Assembly: GCA_963815115.1 (NCBI GenBank) | Contig: CAWFFN010000009.1 | Span: 512,001-576,000 of the forward strand | DNA from: an uncultured delta proteobacterium | GTDB lineage: Bacteria; Desulfobacterota; Binatia; DP-6 | DNA: 64,000 nt | Direction: 5' to 3' | Shown here: positions 50,244 to 59,916 of the stretch, piece after piece | How positions within the stretch are numbered: position 1 is the stretch's first letter | How the letters are laid out: every line of letters starts with the position of its first letter | The notes under the pieces: model-generated | What the model saw: only the letters and a program-made list of their open reading frames with translations | What the model was told of the DNA's origin: nothing | Databases searched by the model: none | Translations under genes and position numbers: made by a program

Positions 50244-52241
50244 ATGCGAGTCGTCGTGGTCGGGTTGATGCTGGTTGCCGTCGCATGCGGACCGCCGATC
50301 TCGGTCCGCCGCGCCCCGCCCCGGACGGTCACGGCCGGTCTCACCCGGAGCGCCCTCAACGGTGGCGTGCCGAGCCTCCCGACCCAGAACACGCTGTATC
50401 GCTGGAACCTCACCGACCGCTTCAAGCACGATCCGGAAGGCGCCATCGCCGCGCTGCACAACCTGGTCGTCACTGGAAAGGCCGCGGAGGGCAGTATCTT
50501 CGCGCTCGCCGAGCTGTCGTTCGAGTACGCGGACGTCAGCCACAAGCGGGAGTACTACCTGGCTTCCGCCGTCTACGCGTACGCCTTTCTCTTCCCCGGG
50601 GCCGCGGGCGAGCCGCCCGGGAATCTGGACCCGCGGGTTCGCATCGCCGCCGATCTCTACAACCGCGGACTCACCCAGGCCTTTGCCTCGAAGGACGGCT
50701 CTCGTGTCGACCTCCAGTCCGGCGTCTACCCGCTCCCCTTCGGCCAGCTCGCGGTCGCACTCGACCCGGCAAGCCTGCGCTGGGGGACCCAGACGCTCTA
50801 CGACTTCGTCCCCGTGGCGGAGCTCAAGGTGAGCGGGCTCGGCGCCCGCTATCGCCGACCGGGCATCGGTGCCCCGCTGGCGGCGAGCGCGTCGGTCGAC
50901 GACCCGGCGCACCAGGGCAAGGAGTTTGCCGCGCTGAACGTCAAGGTGCCGGTGACCGCGGTCCTGCTCATCGACGATCCGCGGCACCAGCTCGCGCGAG
51001 CGGACATGCAAGCGAAGCTCGATGTCTACGACGGCTTCAGCAGACCCACGGTCGACATCGACCATCGCCAGGTGCCGCTCGAGGTGGAGCCGACCGCGGC
51101 GCTGGCGTACGGGCTGAGCGGTTCGAAGGTCTGGGGCTGGGAGCTCTGGGGCTTTCTCCTCGGTGACCTGATGGGTCAGGAGCGCACCTCGCTCGCCTTC
51201 TCTCAGCCCTACCGTCCAGGCCGCATCCCCGTCGTCTTCGTCCACGGCACGGCGTCGAGCCCGGGACGCTGGGCCGACATGCAGAACGTGCTGAGCAACG
51301 CTCCGAACCTGGCCGACCGCTACCAGTACTGGTTCTTCTTCTACGAGACGGAGAACCCGATTCCCTACTCGGCCATGCGCCTCCGCGAGTCCCTCGTGGG
51401 GGCGGTGCACACGCTCGACCCGGAGGGGAAGGACCCGGCGCTGCGCCAGATGGTGGTGATCGGGCACAGCCAGGGCGGCTTGCTGACGAAGATGACGGCG
51501 ATCGACTCTGGGACGAAGCTGTGGGACTCCTTCGCGCGCAAGCCGCTCGACCAGATGAACGTCGGCTCGGAGACGCGCGACCTGCTGCAGCGCGCGATGT
51601 TCGTCAAGCCGTTGCCCTTCGTGAGCCGGGTGATCTTCATCTCGACTCCGCACCACGGGGCGTATGCCGCGGGATTGTCCATCGCCCACTGGGTGGCCCG
51701 CTTCGCGCGCCTCCCGCAGACCGTCCTCGGCGTCACGGGCGACCTCTTCAAGGGCAGCAACGCTGCCGACATCCGGCTCGACCCCAGCCGGCCGCACATC
51801 GGCGCCGTCTACGGCATGACGCCCGGCAGTCCGCTCGTGAAGGCGCTCGCGCCGATTCCGCTCGCTCCCGGCGTCACGGCGCACTCCATCATCCCGGTGC
51901 AGGGTGACCTGCCACCGGACGACCAGGGCGACGGTGTGGTGAAGTATCAGAGCGCGCACATCGACGGCGTCGAGTCCGAGCTGGTCGTGCCGCACTCGGG
52001 CCACTCGGTGCAGGGCAACCCGATCGCCATCGAGGAGGTCCGCCGCATCCTCGTCGAGCACGCCAACCAGGTGTGCGCGAGGGAGAAGGTCGCCTGCGGC
52101 CCGGCGCCCGCGCCGAGCGTCGAGACGCCGCCTGCATCCAAGAAGCCGCCGGGACGACGATCAGGCGGACGGCGCGTTCCCGCCGCTGTCGTCCCCGTGC
52201 AGCCCGCTGTCGTCCCCGCGCAGCCGGTCGACGAGCGGTAG
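50244..52241 (+). CDS. Alpha/beta-hydrolase lipoprotein
   Basis: Lipobox AVAC; PVVFVHG, GHSQGG, FISTPHHG and DGVV.Y.SAH. Confidence 0.88.
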   Translation: MRVVVVGLMLVAVACGPPISVRRAPPRTVTAGLTRSALNGGVPSLPTQNTLYRWNLTDRFKHDPEGAIAALHNLVVTGKAAEGSIFALAELSFEYADVSHKREYYLASAVYAYAFLFPGAAGEPPGNLDPRVRIAADLYNRGLTQAFASKDGSRVDLQSGVYPLPFGQLAVALDPASLRWGTQTLYDFVPVAELKVSGLGARYRRPGIGAPLAASASVDDPAHQGKEFAALNVKVPVTAVLLIDDPRHQLARADMQAKLDVYDGFSRPTVDIDHRQVPLEVEPTAALAYGLSGSKVWGWELWGFLLGDLMGQERTSLAFSQPYRPGRIPVVFVHGTASSPGRWADMQNVLSNAPNLADRYQYWFFFYETENPIPYSAMRLRESLVGAVHTLDPEGKDPALRQMVVIGHSQGGLLTKMTAIDSGTKLWDSFARKPLDQMNVGSETRDLLQRAMFVKPLPFVSRVIFISTPHHGAYAAGLSIAHWVARFARLPQTVLGVTGDLFKGSNAADIRLDPSRPHIGAVYGMTPGSPLVKALAPIPLAPGVTAHSIIPVQGDLPPDDQGDGVVKYQSAHIDGVESELVVPHSGHSVQGNPIAIEEVRRILVEHANQVCAREKVACGPAPAPSVETPPASKKPPGRRSGGRRVPAAVVPVQPAVVPAQPVDER

Positions 52242-52484
52242 GAGCGCCGCTACCAGCACGGGAACGATCGCACCGCCGAGCAGCAATCGCTCGTGCGAGT
52301 CGAGCAGCCCGCGTAACGAGGCGCCGACCGTCCCCGCAACCGCTCCGTCGACGCCGATCAGCGAGAACAACACGCGCCACGGATCGAATTCCTTGCGCGC
52401 CAGCCGGACCTCGAGCTGGAGCAGGTCGCGGTGCGCGTCGATCCTGGCCTGGAGCAGCGCCCGCCGGTACTCGATGTCGGTCAT
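52161..52484 (-). CDS. YqjK-like small membrane protein
   Basis: RR.LL.ARI..HR..L N-terminus; follows the YqjE-like gene with ATGA overlap. Confidence 0.6.
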   Translation of the reverse strand: MTDIEYRRALLQARIDAHRDLLQLEVRLARKEFDPWRVLFSLIGVDGAVAGTVGASLRGLLDSHERLLLGGAIVPVLVAALLPLVDRLRGDDSGLHGDDSGGNAPSA

Positions 52485-52864
52485 GTGAGCTCCCGGAGCG
52501 CGCGCTCGTCATCCGCGAGGACGGTGGAGATGGCGGCGAAGGGCGTGCCCTGACGACGGCTGCGCCGGAAGTGGTAGGTCCAGGCCGCTGCCGCCAGCAC
52601 GGCGTACAGCGCGCACGAGCCGATGGCCACGGCGAGGCGGTGTGTGTCCCAGAAGAGCGCCAGCACGAGCAGGTCGAGCGAGAGCACCAGCATGAAGACC
52701 GCGAACACCGCGACCAGCGCCGACAGCGCGAGGTCGGTGAGACGCTTTCGCTCCTCGCCCAGCTCGAGCGCGAACAGCTCGACGCGCAGATGGAGGCCTT
52801 CGAGGAGGCTGGCCCACAGGCGAGACGCGGTCGGGGCGAGATCGGCATCCGGTGGCGCGGGCAC
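52481..52864 (-). CDS. YqjE/phage holin family membrane protein
   Basis: RVELFALELGEE, two TM helices, PF.......L.DD...L. Confidence 0.8.
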   Translation of the reverse strand: MPAPPDADLAPTASRLWASLLEGLHLRVELFALELGEERKRLTDLALSALVAVFAVFMLVLSLDLLVLALFWDTHRLAVAIGSCALYAVLAAAAWTYHFRRSRRQGTPFAAISTVLADDERALRELT

Positions 52865-52873
52865 GTCGACCTC

Positions 52874-53167
52874 TCACCGGCGGCGTAGCAGCAGCCCCAG
52901 CAGCAGACCCAGCCCGGCGGCCACGGCCACCGCGCCGATCGGGTTCTCGCGGATCTTTCGCTCCGCGTCCGCCACCTCCTCGTGCAGCGAGCGCTGGAAC
53001 CCACCGGCGGTTGCCCCGAGATCGTTGCCTCCCGACTGCACCGATTCCAGGGCTGCTCGCAGCCGCTCGCGCACCTCGGCCGCGCGCGCCACGAGGTCGT
53101 CTCCGCTCGTCTCGTGCAGCAGGCGCCGGACGTCGTCCATGGTGTCGCGCAGGGTGCGGGCGTCCAT
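52874..53167 (-). CDS. DUF883/ElaB/YqjD family protein
   Basis: C-terminal IRENP..AV.VAAGLGLLLGLLLRRR. Confidence 0.85.
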   Translation of the reverse strand: MDARTLRDTMDDVRRLLHETSGDDLVARAAEVRERLRAALESVQSGGNDLGATAGGFQRSLHEEVADAERKIRENPIGAVAVAAGLGLLLGLLLRRR

Positions 53168-53372
53168 CCCTGGCCCCGGCCGTAGCGAGGAACCCCACGG
53201 CCTGTCAACTTCGATCTCCCCGCAATCTTCCATGGGTGCCATGGGGCTGCTCGAGTCGCGATCGCTCCGAGCGTGCTTTGACGGTGGCCTCGGGAGCCTC
53301 CGGTGCGCGCGGCAGCGGGCCCCGGGCCGACGGTACTTGCTTTTGCGGGGGCGATCGCGTGAGTTGCAGCGC

Positions 53373-53798
53373 ATGAAGCGTCAGGTTCTGGCGATCCTCA
53401 CCGCCGGTCTGGTCGGATGCGCGACCGCGAGGCCCATCGTCTACGCAAACCCGAAGTACGTGGAGGTCGGCCGCGAGGGGACGAACCGCGACATCGCGGA
53501 GTGCGAGAGCCTGGCCAAGGGTGCCGGGGCGACGCCGGACCAGGGCCGGGCGGGGCAGACCGCCAAGGGCGTCGCCGTGGGCGCGGGTGCGGGAGCCGCG
53601 GCCGGCGCCGTCGGCGGAGCGATCTGGGGCAACCCGGGAACCGGCGCGGCGGCGGGCGCGGTGAGCGGCGTGGTCGGCAGCCTGCTGTGGACGCTCTTCG
53701 GGAGCTGGGCGACCCCGGAGCAACCGAGCGAGCCGTACAAGAACTACGTGAACCAGTGCCTCACGGACCGCGGCTACCAGCTGGTGGGGTGGAAGTAG
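53373..53798 (+). CDS. Glycine-zipper lipoprotein
   Basis: Lipobox LVGC; GAGAGAAAGAVGGAI; V..CL.DRGY..VGWK. Confidence 0.85.
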   Translation: MKRQVLAILTAGLVGCATARPIVYANPKYVEVGREGTNRDIAECESLAKGAGATPDQGRAGQTAKGVAVGAGAGAAAGAVGGAIWGNPGTGAAAGAVSGVVGSLLWTLFGSWATPEQPSEPYKNYVNQCLTDRGYQLVGWK

Positions 53799-53805
53799 CG
53801 ATCTG

Positions 53806-56184
53806 ATGGACGGCGCCGGGCCGCTCGGCCACGTCCGCGTGGTCGAGCTCACCGATCTTCGTGGTGCCTTCGCCGGCCGTATCCTCGCCGACCTCGGCGC
53901 CGACGTGATCAAGGTCGAGCCGCCCGGTGGCGACCCGGACCGGTTGCGCCCGCCATTCGCGGGCGATCGGCCTGCGCCGGACCGCTCGCTGCCCTTTCTG
54001 TACCGCAACGCGAACAAGCGGGGTGCGACGCTCGACCTGCACGCAGCCGACGGCTGGCATCGCTTCCTCGAGCTGTGCGATGCGGCCGACGTCCTGGTGG
54101 AGAATCTGGGCCCTGCGGGCGCGCGCCGCCACGGGCTCGCGCCCGCAGAGGTGCGCGAGCGGCATCCGCGTCTGGTGCACGTCGCGATCGCCGACTTCGG
54201 CCTCGACGGGCCGCACGCGGACTGGCGCCTCGAGCCCCTGCCGGCGTTCGCCGCCTCGGGCGCGCTCTTCGCGTGCGGCTTCCCGGATCGCCCGCCGTGC
54301 TGGCTGCCGGGATACCTGGCGCACGACTGCGCCAGCACGTTCGCCGTCGCCGGCGCGATTGCCGCGCTTCTCGATCGCGCGCGCACGGGAATGGGGCAGA
54401 CCGTCGAGGTGTCCGTGCAGGAAGCGGCGATCAACGGCATTCACCCCTGGGCGATCCCCCTCGCGGACTACGCGCGGCGCTACCCCATCCTGCCGGTCGC
54501 GCCGCCTCGCAATGCGGACGGCGCGTACCAGGTGCTCGAGGTCGCCGACGGCTTCGTGCGCGTTCTACCGGGCAGCCCGCGCCAGTGGCGCGCGTTTCTC
54601 GAGCTGATCGGCAACCCGGAGGCGCTGAGCGGTCCCGAGTGGCTCATCCCGCTGTTCCGCCTGGCCAACGCCGACGTCTGCCGCATCATCGCGGGCGAGG
54701 CGCTGCGCGAGCGCACCAGGGCCGACGTGATCGCCCAGGCACGCCGGCTCGACGTGCCGCTCGTGCCCCTCAACACCCCCGAGCAATTCGTCACCGAAGA
54801 GCAGACGTCCCGGCGTGACTACTTCGAGCGCACCGCCTTCCCGCATCTGGGCGGCGCGCCCGTCGCACCGGGTCCGTTCAACTACTCCGCCACTCCCACG
54901 CGGCTGCGCCGTCCGGCGCCCGCCCCCGGCGAGGACGACCGCAGCGGCTTCGCGCCGCGAGCGGCCGATCCCGCGATCGGCAAGGGCGACCGTCCGGTCC
55001 TCGCGGGTGTGCGGGTGGTCGACCTGGGCGTCGGTGTGGCCGTGCCCGAGGCGGGCTGGTTGCTGGCCGAGCTGGGCGCGGAGGTCATCAAGATCGAATC
55101 GCGCGCCAACCTCGACTTCCTGCGCCGGGTGACGGTCGAGCCCGACCAGCCCGATCGCTCGATGCAGTTCAACGACTCGTCGCGCGGCCACCTGAGCGTG
55201 ACGCTCGACCTGCGCACGGCACGGGGCCGGGAGCTGGCGCTCCGGCTGTGCGCGGCCGCCGACGTCGTGCTCGAGAACAACCGCGGCGGCGTCGTCGGAC
55301 GGTGGGGACTCGACTACGAGCACGTGCGCGCGGTGCGTCCGGACGTGATCTACTACGCCTCGCAGGCCTTCGGCCGCGGCGGTCCGCTCGGGGAGGCGTC
55401 GGCGTACGGTCCGCTCAACTCCGCGTTCGCGGGCGTGACGTGGCTCTGGAACCACCCGGATCCGCCCTATCCCGCGGGCTCGTCGGTCAACCACCCCGAC
55501 CACATCGCCGCCAAGCTGGCCACCGCGGTCGTCCTCGCCGCGCTCGAGCACCGGCGGCGGACGGGTGAAGGCCAGCTCGTCGATCTGTCGCAAGCCGAGG
55601 CGGCGGCATACTTCATCGGCGAGGCGTATCTCGAAGAGGCGTGCACCGGGCGCCACGCGGCGCAGCGCGGGAATGCCGTCGATTGGGCCTGTCCCCACGG
55701 CGTCTTCCCGGCTGCGGGTGAAGACCGCTGGGTCGCAATCGCGGTCGTCGGTGATGACGCCTGGAAGCGCTGCGCGGGCGTGATGAGTCTCCCCGACGAG
55801 CCGGCGTGGGCGACGCTCTCGGGCCGCCTCGCGGCCCGTGCGGCGATCGAGGAAAGGGTCGCAGGGTGGACGCTGGCGCGCGACGCCGGAGAGGTAGCCG
55901 GCCGCCTGCAGGAGGCCGGCGTGTCGGCGATGGCGGTGCTGAGCGGTGCCGACCTGCGCGCCGACGAGCATCTCGCGGCTCGCGGCGGCCTCGTGACGCT
56001 GCAGCACGCCGAGATGGGCGAGGCGCGCCACAGCGGCGATCCGCTGCGGATGAGTCGCACGCCGCTCGCGACGCCGCGCCCCGCGCCGCTCCTGGGCGAG
56101 CACACCGCGGAGGTGCTGGGGCGCTGGCTCGCCATGGATGCGCGGGAGGTGGCGGAGATGGCGGCGGCCGGCGTCTGCCGCTGA
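53806..56184 (+). CDS. CaiB/BaiF family III CoA-transferase, two-domain fusion
   Basis: LADLGADVIKVEPP.GD...NANKR and LAELGAEVIKIES; C-terminal PAPLLGEHT. Confidence 0.9.
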   Translation: MDGAGPLGHVRVVELTDLRGAFAGRILADLGADVIKVEPPGGDPDRLRPPFAGDRPAPDRSLPFLYRNANKRGATLDLHAADGWHRFLELCDAADVLVENLGPAGARRHGLAPAEVRERHPRLVHVAIADFGLDGPHADWRLEPLPAFAASGALFACGFPDRPPCWLPGYLAHDCASTFAVAGAIAALLDRARTGMGQTVEVSVQEAAINGIHPWAIPLADYARRYPILPVAPPRNADGAYQVLEVADGFVRVLPGSPRQWRAFLELIGNPEALSGPEWLIPLFRLANADVCRIIAGEALRERTRADVIAQARRLDVPLVPLNTPEQFVTEEQTSRRDYFERTAFPHLGGAPVAPGPFNYSATPTRLRRPAPAPGEDDRSGFAPRAADPAIGKGDRPVLAGVRVVDLGVGVAVPEAGWLLAELGAEVIKIESRANLDFLRRVTVEPDQPDRSMQFNDSSRGHLSVTLDLRTARGRELALRLCAAADVVLENNRGGVVGRWGLDYEHVRAVRPDVIYYASQAFGRGGPLGEASAYGPLNSAFAGVTWLWNHPDPPYPAGSSVNHPDHIAAKLATAVVLAALEHRRRTGEGQLVDLSQAEAAAYFIGEAYLEEACTGRHAAQRGNAVDWACPHGVFPAAGEDRWVAIAVVGDDAWKRCAGVMSLPDEPAWATLSGRLAARAAIEERVAGWTLARDAGEVAGRLQEAGVSAMAVLSGADLRADEHLAARGGLVTLQHAEMGEARHSGDPLRMSRTPLATPRPAPLLGEHTAEVLGRWLAMDAREVAEMAAAGVCR

Positions 56185-56352
56185 TCTTCGTGACGTGCAC
56201 GGTGCTAAGGCAGGCTGGCGCCCTTTGGAGGCGGGGGACGTTCTTGGCAATGGATCCTCGACGTACATGCTCGAATTGCATTCCACCTGGCCCTCCTCCA
56301 TACGGCGTAACATCCGGTCACCCCGTGCCGGGGACGAGAGGGGGATCGTTCC

Positions 56353-58968
56353 GTGACGCACACATTGCAGCGCCAGATACGTGCCATTGGATTGCTCGTC
56401 GCCTGTGCCGTCCTGATCCCTGCCCTTCGCGCAGCGGCGCTCGACCGCCCGATCACCGGGAAGAAGCTCCAGCTTCGCCGCTCGGCGTCGGGCAAGCAGA
56501 AGCTGGTGTTCCAGTCGAAGGACCCCGCCTTCGCTTTTCCCGCCGTGGGGAGTGCCGACGACCCGGCCACCGGAACGCCCGGCGGGCTCCAGGTCGAGCT
56601 GTTCTCCCAGAACGACCCCGCCCGGCCGGTGCTGTCCGCGCCAGCGGGCGTCGGGAAGCCGGGCTGGAAGGTGACCGACCGTAGCGTCGACTCCTTCAAG
56701 TACTCCAACTCGGCGGCGCCGGCCGCCCCATCGCCGCTGAAGGTCGTCGTGCTCAAGATGGACAAGCAGCTCAAGGTGAGCGCACCGGCGACCGGCCTGG
56801 CGCTCGCAGGCCCGCAGGGATCGGTGGCGATTCGCGTGACCACGGGGTCGCTCCGGAGCTGCGCGGTCTTCGGTCCGGGCACGATCCGCCGGGACGAGGC
56901 GGGCTCGTTCCTGGCGGTCAAGGCGCTCGCGCCGTCGATCCCAGACTGCTCTGACGCGAGCCTGGGCGCTCCTTCCTCGACGACGACCACGACCACCGCC
57001 GGCACCACGACCACCACGATCGGCAGCGGCTCCACGACCACGACCACCACGACTCCCACCACGACCACGACGCTGCCGCCCGGAACCGAGCTGCTCGACG
57101 TGACGACGGTCGCCGGCAGCGGAAGCTGCGGAACGATCCGTGACGGTGCGGACGTCGTCCTGCGCAGCATCGCGTGCGGCGGCCTCGACCTGGGCGGCGG
57201 CGGATCGACCGTGCCCGAAGGATTGATTCCGGACGGTGCCACGAACCGCGTGGTGGTGGGGCCGTGCACCGGAAGCGTCTGCGACCTCGCGCCGACGAGC
57301 GGCAGCGGAGGCGGCATCGACTGCACCGACGTGGGGTGCAGGTTCGGGCCGCCGCTGCCGATCCCGAACGGCGGCCTCTCGACCTGCGTCGTCAACACCT
57401 TCGCGGGCTCCGGTAGTGGCAGCCTCGACAAGAGCACGGGCGCGCTCTCGCTCAGTGTGCCGCTCGCTTCCCACGTGTTCATCACCGGCCAACCCGGTCA
57501 GCCCTGTCCGCGCTGCACGGCGACGGGGTCGCCGGCCAGCCCGGGCATCGGCAGCTGCGATCGCGGGGCGGGAATGGGTCTGACCTGCATGACCACCAAC
57601 TCCCACGGGCTGTCGAGCGACTGCCTGCCCGGCGGCAGTGACGGCAGCGCCGATCTGGGCACCATCGGCGTCGACCTCACGCCGCTGGTCTCGACGACGG
57701 TGTCCAGGTCGGACGTGGACGGGCTCCTGTGTCCGGCGCAGTCGCAGGCGGGCTGCTTCGGGCTGTCCGCGTGTCGTGCGGTCAGCGTCGACGGCCTGCC
57801 CGCTGGACCCATCAGCCCCGACACGCCGCAGCCGGTGACGCTGGCCTCGGTCTTCTGCATCCCGTCCACGATGAACGGCGTGGTGGACGGTGCGGCGAGC
57901 CTGCCCGGGCCCGGCGCCGCGAGCCTGCCGGCGGTCGTGCGGCTCACGCAGCTGAGCGGGCCGACCACCACCACGACCTCGACGACCAGCGCCAGCACGA
58001 CGACGACCACGAGCGGCGCGACCACGACGACGACCCCGACCACGACCAGCACCACGACGAGCACGATCCTGCCGCCGCTCCTGCCGCTCACGGTCGAGTT
58101 CGCGAGCGTCGCGGGCGGGGGCTCCTGCGGCGTGACGCGCGACGGCGACGGCAACGTCGTCGATTCCCTCGCCTGCGGCGACCTCGCCATCGGCAACGGT
58201 AATGGTTCTCTTCCCCCGTCGGCGCTTCCCGACGGTGCCGTGGTGCACTTCCGGCTCGGCGGCTGCTCGGTGCTGCCCCTCCTCACCTGCGCCCTCCAGG
58301 CCGAGACGACCGCGGGCGCCGGGTTCGACTGCACCACGACGGGGTGCAACTTCGGCCCACCGGTCCCGATCCCGAACGGCGGCCTGTCGGCGTGCAGCGT
58401 GAACACCTTCGGCGCGCCTGCGAGCGGATCGGTGAACCTCCTCGATGGCTCGACCACCGCCAACGTATCGCTCAACCTGCACGTCTACGTGACGGGGAAC
58501 GCGGCGCAGCCGTGCCCGCGCTGCTCGGCGACCGGCGCGCCCGGTGCCGTCGGGAGCGGGACGTGCGATCGTGGCGCGCGGGCGGGTCTCGCCTGCATGA
58601 CGACCAACTCGCAGGGCCTCTCGAAGGACTGCCAGCCCGGAGGAAGTGACGGCAGCACCGACGTCGGGGTGATCGGCGCGGACCTGAGCCCGGTCACGAC
58701 CGGGACCGCGAGCAAGTCGAACCCGCAGGGCCTCTTCTGTCCCTCCCAGCCCGTTCCCGGCTGCTTCGGGAATGGGACGTGCCGTTCGATCACGGAGACC
58801 GGGGCCTCGCCGGGCGCCGCGATCTCCTCGGCGCTGTCGCCGCAGCCGGCGACGCTGGTCTCGACGTTCTGCGTTCCCGCGACGGGAAACGGGCTGCTCG
58901 ACTTCCCGGCCGGCCTGCCCGGCCCGGCGGCGATCAGCCTTCCTGGCACCGTGCGGGCGCAGCTCTGA
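56353..58968 (+). CDS. Secreted Cys-rich protein with a tandem duplicated ~290-aa domain and Thr linkers
   Basis: Signal peptide; two copies of GC.FGPP.PIPNGGLS.C.VNTF...QPCPRC.ATG...CMTTNS.GLS.DC.PGG...LPGP.A.SLP. Confidence 0.82.
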   Translation: MTHTLQRQIRAIGLLVACAVLIPALRAAALDRPITGKKLQLRRSASGKQKLVFQSKDPAFAFPAVGSADDPATGTPGGLQVELFSQNDPARPVLSAPAGVGKPGWKVTDRSVDSFKYSNSAAPAAPSPLKVVVLKMDKQLKVSAPATGLALAGPQGSVAIRVTTGSLRSCAVFGPGTIRRDEAGSFLAVKALAPSIPDCSDASLGAPSSTTTTTTAGTTTTTIGSGSTTTTTTTPTTTTTLPPGTELLDVTTVAGSGSCGTIRDGADVVLRSIACGGLDLGGGGSTVPEGLIPDGATNRVVVGPCTGSVCDLAPTSGSGGGIDCTDVGCRFGPPLPIPNGGLSTCVVNTFAGSGSGSLDKSTGALSLSVPLASHVFITGQPGQPCPRCTATGSPASPGIGSCDRGAGMGLTCMTTNSHGLSSDCLPGGSDGSADLGTIGVDLTPLVSTTVSRSDVDGLLCPAQSQAGCFGLSACRAVSVDGLPAGPISPDTPQPVTLASVFCIPSTMNGVVDGAASLPGPGAASLPAVVRLTQLSGPTTTTTSTTSASTTTTTSGATTTTTPTTTSTTTSTILPPLLPLTVEFASVAGGGSCGVTRDGDGNVVDSLACGDLAIGNGNGSLPPSALPDGAVVHFRLGGCSVLPLLTCALQAETTAGAGFDCTTTGCNFGPPVPIPNGGLSACSVNTFGAPASGSVNLLDGSTTANVSLNLHVYVTGNAAQPCPRCSATGAPGAVGSGTCDRGARAGLACMTTNSQGLSKDCQPGGSDGSTDVGVIGADLSPVTTGTASKSNPQGLFCPSQPVPGCFGNGTCRSITETGASPGAAISSALSPQPATLVSTFCVPATGNGLLDFPAGLPGPAAISLPGTVRAQL

Positions 58969-58974
58969 GCAGGA

Positions 58975-59003
58975 AGCCGGGGCGCCTGCGCGGCGCCCCG
59001 GCT
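58975..59003 (+). terminator. GC-rich hairpin after stop codon
   Basis: Perfect 12-bp stem AGCCGGGGCGCC/GGCGCCCCGGCT; no U-tract. Confidence 0.45.
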
Positions 59004-59047
59004 CCCCGCGCGCGACTCGCCCGCCTCGTTGTGGGGGCTGGCCTCGC

Positions 59048-59860
59048 ATGCTAGCGCTCAGCCCGAGGCCGGGGATGCTGACCGCCGACGATCGCGATCG
59101 CTTTCGCTCCCACGGCTACCTGTGGCTTCCGCGCTTCTTCACCGAAGCAGAGACCCGGAATCTCCGGGCCTGGACCGAGGAGGTCGCCGCGTGGCCCGAG
59201 ACGCCGGGCCGCTGGATGCGCTACTACGAGCGCGCCGGTGCCGAAGCGGGCGCGAAGCTGCTCGCCCGCGTCGAGAACTTCGTCCCCTATCATGCCGGCC
59301 TGGCGGCGCTCCTCACGCGCGGGAAGGTGTGCGATCTGCTCGCGGAGTGCTGCGGCGAGCCGGTGGTCCTCTTCAAGGACAAGATCAACTTCAAGCTCTC
59401 CGGCGGGGCCGGCTTCGCGCCGCACCAGGATGCGCCGGCGTACGTCGACTTCGGGATCGAGCATCACCTGACGCTGATGGCGCCGGTGGACGCGTTCACG
59501 GGCGAGAACGGCTGCCTCGAGGTATCCCGCTGGCCTGCCCGGCACGTCACGCTGGCGCAGAATCCCGACGGCACGCTGCGCGAGGGCGTCATGGAGCAGT
59601 GGGACGTCGAGCCGCTGCTCGCGCGGCCCGGTGACGTCATCGTGTTCGACTCCTGGGTGCCGCACCGCTCGGGTCCGAACCGCTCGGGCGGCCCGCGCCG
59701 CGCCTACTACCTCACCTTCAACCCCGCCTCGGCAGGCGACCATCGCGCCGCCTACTACCATCGCAAGCGCGAATGCTTCCCGCCGGAGTACGAGCGCGAG
59801 CCCGGCGTCGACTACGCGGCGCGCGGGCGGCAGTTCAATCTGGGCAACCCGTTCGACTGA
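59048..59860 (+). CDS. Phytanoyl-CoA dioxygenase family Fe(II)/2OG oxygenase
   Basis: FKDKINFK..GG.GF.PHQD, ENGCL and PGDVIVFD..VPHRSGPN. Start is 59048 or 59075. Confidence 0.88.
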   Translation: MLALSPRPGMLTADDRDRFRSHGYLWLPRFFTEAETRNLRAWTEEVAAWPETPGRWMRYYERAGAEAGAKLLARVENFVPYHAGLAALLTRGKVCDLLAECCGEPVVLFKDKINFKLSGGAGFAPHQDAPAYVDFGIEHHLTLMAPVDAFTGENGCLEVSRWPARHVTLAQNPDGTLREGVMEQWDVEPLLARPGDVIVFDSWVPHRSGPNRSGGPRRAYYLTFNPASAGDHRAAYYHRKRECFPPEYEREPGVDYAARGRQFNLGNPFD

Positions 59861-59862
59861 CC

Positions 59863-59896
59863 GGGGCGCCTCCACGTGGCTTCGTGGAGGCGCCCC
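59863..59896. terminator. Hairpin between convergent genes
   Basis: Perfect 14-bp stem GGGGCGCCTCCACG/CGTGGAGGCGCCCC. Confidence 0.55.
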
Positions 59897-59916
59897 CGAT
59901 CGGGTGTTCGTGACGC

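Noticed and set aside
52481-52864. Prophage holin
   Set aside because: Part of the ordinary yqjD/E/K-like cluster; no phage genes are present.
59048-59860. Phosphonate catabolism (PhnY/TmpA-like) system
   Set aside because: The motif is compatible, but no HD-domain PhnZ/TmpB partner or transporter is adjacent.
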